DNA of 64,000 nucleotides from Eledone cirrhosa (lineage: Eukaryota). A program made the position numbers and the translations under genes. Positions within the stretch are counted from its first letter, which is position 1. Each line of letters starts with the position of its first letter. The notes beneath the pieces are model-generated. The model made no database searches and had not been told where the DNA came from. It saw only the letters and a list, made by a program, of their open reading frames with translations. The stretch spans positions 59,024,001 through 59,088,000 of the forward strand of contig OZ024745.1 in assembly GCA_964016885.1 (NCBI GenBank). Reading direction: 5' to 3'. Shown here in pieces: positions 63,672 to 64,000 of this stretch.

Positions 63672-63825
63672 CAGGCAGGGGCAACCTTTTTAGAGCAGTG
63701 GGCCACATAGGGTGTGGTTCACCATAAGGTAGGCCACACTACTAAAAAATTCAATTTTGAAATTAGGCATGCCATTCAGAAAGCCAAACTAGCCGTATGA
63801 GGCTTGTGGGCCACAGTTTGCCCAG
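63672..63825. mobile_element. hAT/Charlie-like MITE relic
   Basis: GGGGCAACCTTTTT..GGGCCACA ... GTGGGCCACAGTTTGCCC ends. Confidence 0.55.
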
Positions 63826-63879
63826 AAATGTGCCAAGAAATCCCAGTGGAAAGAAACTGTGGGTATGGTGTGGTGTGCG

Positions 63880-63962
63880 GTGGCCGGAAGCTGGGGAGTG
63901 CTCGACCGGAAGAGTGCTTGACCGGAAGGGCGCTTGGCCAGAAGGGTGCTTGACCGGAAGGG
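63880..63962. repeat. 16-bp GC-rich tandem repeat, 4-5 copies
   Basis: Unit GTGCTTGACCGGAAGG. Confidence 0.8.
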
Positions 63963-64000
63963 CCAGCAGATCGGTCTCTCTCTAGTGGTGACCAGGAACG

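Overview
AT-rich, repeat-dense eukaryotic DNA. The SINE/LINE/MITE content suggests an octopus-like cephalopod (inference). Two spliced genes can be rebuilt by hand: a complete 10-exon MRPS27 (+, 14763-25005, ~496 aa) and the last four coding exons of a convergent JMY/WHAMM-family actin nucleation-promoting factor (-, 55571-59615). The rest is retroelements (young and old RTE LINEs, an L1/Tx1 RT relic, Gypsy relics, two tRNA-SINE families), MITEs, mini/microsatellites and several inverted repeats. Most notable: (1) two inverted ~97%-identical RTE copies carry a PHD-like finger inside the RT ORF and share the same +1 frame break (CTA-AAA-TAC-TAG), yet differ mostly at synonymous sites on both sides of it, a candidate recoding or splicing switch; (2) two minimal type-I hammerhead ribozyme motifs flank a ~1.45 kb fold-back palindrome; (3) the JMY-like protein lacks the canonical Arp2/3-binding Trp. 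All alignments and counts were done by eye, and family names come from recalled motifs, not database searches.
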